From Cenococcum geophilum (taxonomy: Eukaryota), in the NCBI GenBank assembly GCA_050273025.1, contig CP158635.1, positions 31,434,001 to 31,498,000 of the forward strand: a stretch of 64,000 bases of DNA. The letters are read 5' to 3'. Position 1 is the stretch's first letter; every line of letters starts with the position of its first letter. A program made the translations under genes and the position numbers. A model generated the notes under the pieces. That model did not search any database. It saw nothing but the letters and a program-made list of their open reading frames with translations, and was not told where the DNA came from. Positions 63,201-64,000 of the stretch are shown here, one piece after another.

Positions 63201-64000
63201 GATCTAAGATTTATAGCAGTATTCTAGGAGGTATTCTTAGCGGAATAAGGAGTTAGAGTAGCAACTTCTACCGTATATTATCTATAGATAGATAGTTAAA
63301 CGGAAAAACTAAATTAGATATTAGAGCAGTATCTAAAACACTATATTAATTACGCATAGAATAATTAGGTATCGCTATTACTAGTTATATAGTTTACATA
63401 TAATATAATACCCTAAAAAGGGATAGGCATATTACCATTTAAGGTAAATTACAGATATAAGCTAAGAACATTGTTATTATTATAATAAGTAAAGAAAATA
63501 AGTAATATAGCTAAAGAAAGAATAAAGACGTTAATAAATCTTTATATAGACCTTATAGAATTAGTAAAAAAAAGTATAAAAGAGAATAAAATGGTATTAT
63601 AATGCTAAGAGATCTAAGGGACCAGATCTTAAGGAGGGAGATAAAGTATAGCTACTATACAAAAATTTCAAGAGTTAATAACTAAGTAAGAAATTAGACC
63701 ACGTTAGACTAGGACCTTTTAAAATTAAGTAAAGAATTTTATTAGTTATATTTAAGTTAAACCTATCAGCCAAAATAAAGATCTACCCTATATAGTATAT
63801 TACAATACTAGAGCTAGTATATAGGAATATTAAGCCACTAGTTTATAAAGCAGACATATAGAGAGGATAAGAAAAAGATAAATAGTAAGTTTCGAAGATT
63901 GTTAGTTATAAGGACATTAATAATAAAATATAGTATAAGGTTAAATAGATAAGCTATACTAAGACTACCTAGGAGCTACTAGGGAATTTAAAGAACGCTA
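57266..64000 (+). mobile_element. Ty3/Gypsy chromovirus family A, copy 3 (5' LTR 57266-57689; runs off the window in the chromodomain)
   Basis: LTR homologous to 9401-9826. gag ATG at 57735. PR ~60775, RT YL(D)D ~61736, RH and INT colinear with copy 2. Confidence 0.95.

Noticed and set aside
1..64000. Starship captain (DUF3435 tyrosine recombinase) or cargo genes
   Set aside because: No recognisable recombinase or intact cargo gene; nearly all sequence is explained by ordinary nested TEs.

Overview
This is a repeat-saturated, AT-rich region of a filamentous ascomycete genome. Strong TpA excess, CpA/TpG loss and C>T/G>A-riddled transposon ORFs point to repeat-induced point mutation (RIP). No intact host protein-coding gene is visible. 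The window is a nested stack of transposons, most boundaries confirmed by target-site duplications (TSDs). LTR elements: three copies of Ty3/Gypsy chromovirus family A (one full length, 9401-17355), two full-length copies of Gypsy family B, one Gypsy family D, one Copia (C), a gag-protease remnant of a fifth LTR family (E), a 473-bp apparently self-priming TRIM, a 2.2-kb non-autonomous Copia derivative and a solo LTR. DNA elements: TA-flanked MITEs, a ~1-kb foldback, a hAT transposase remnant split by a non-autonomous hAT, and an unclassified CGTCAGG-ended family. The most striking observation is a tRNA-Cys(GCA) gene (49312-49456, minus strand) with a normal anticodon-loop intron plus a 59-nt GTAAGT...branch...TAG spliceosomal-type intron in its D-loop. 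Also notable: an intron-containing antisense Cys6/coiled-coil gene in family A, an 85-bp structured segment shared by Copia and Gypsy 3' UTRs, and minisatellites shared between unrelated transposons. Protein readings rest on manual translation with RIP mentally reversed; no database searches were run.
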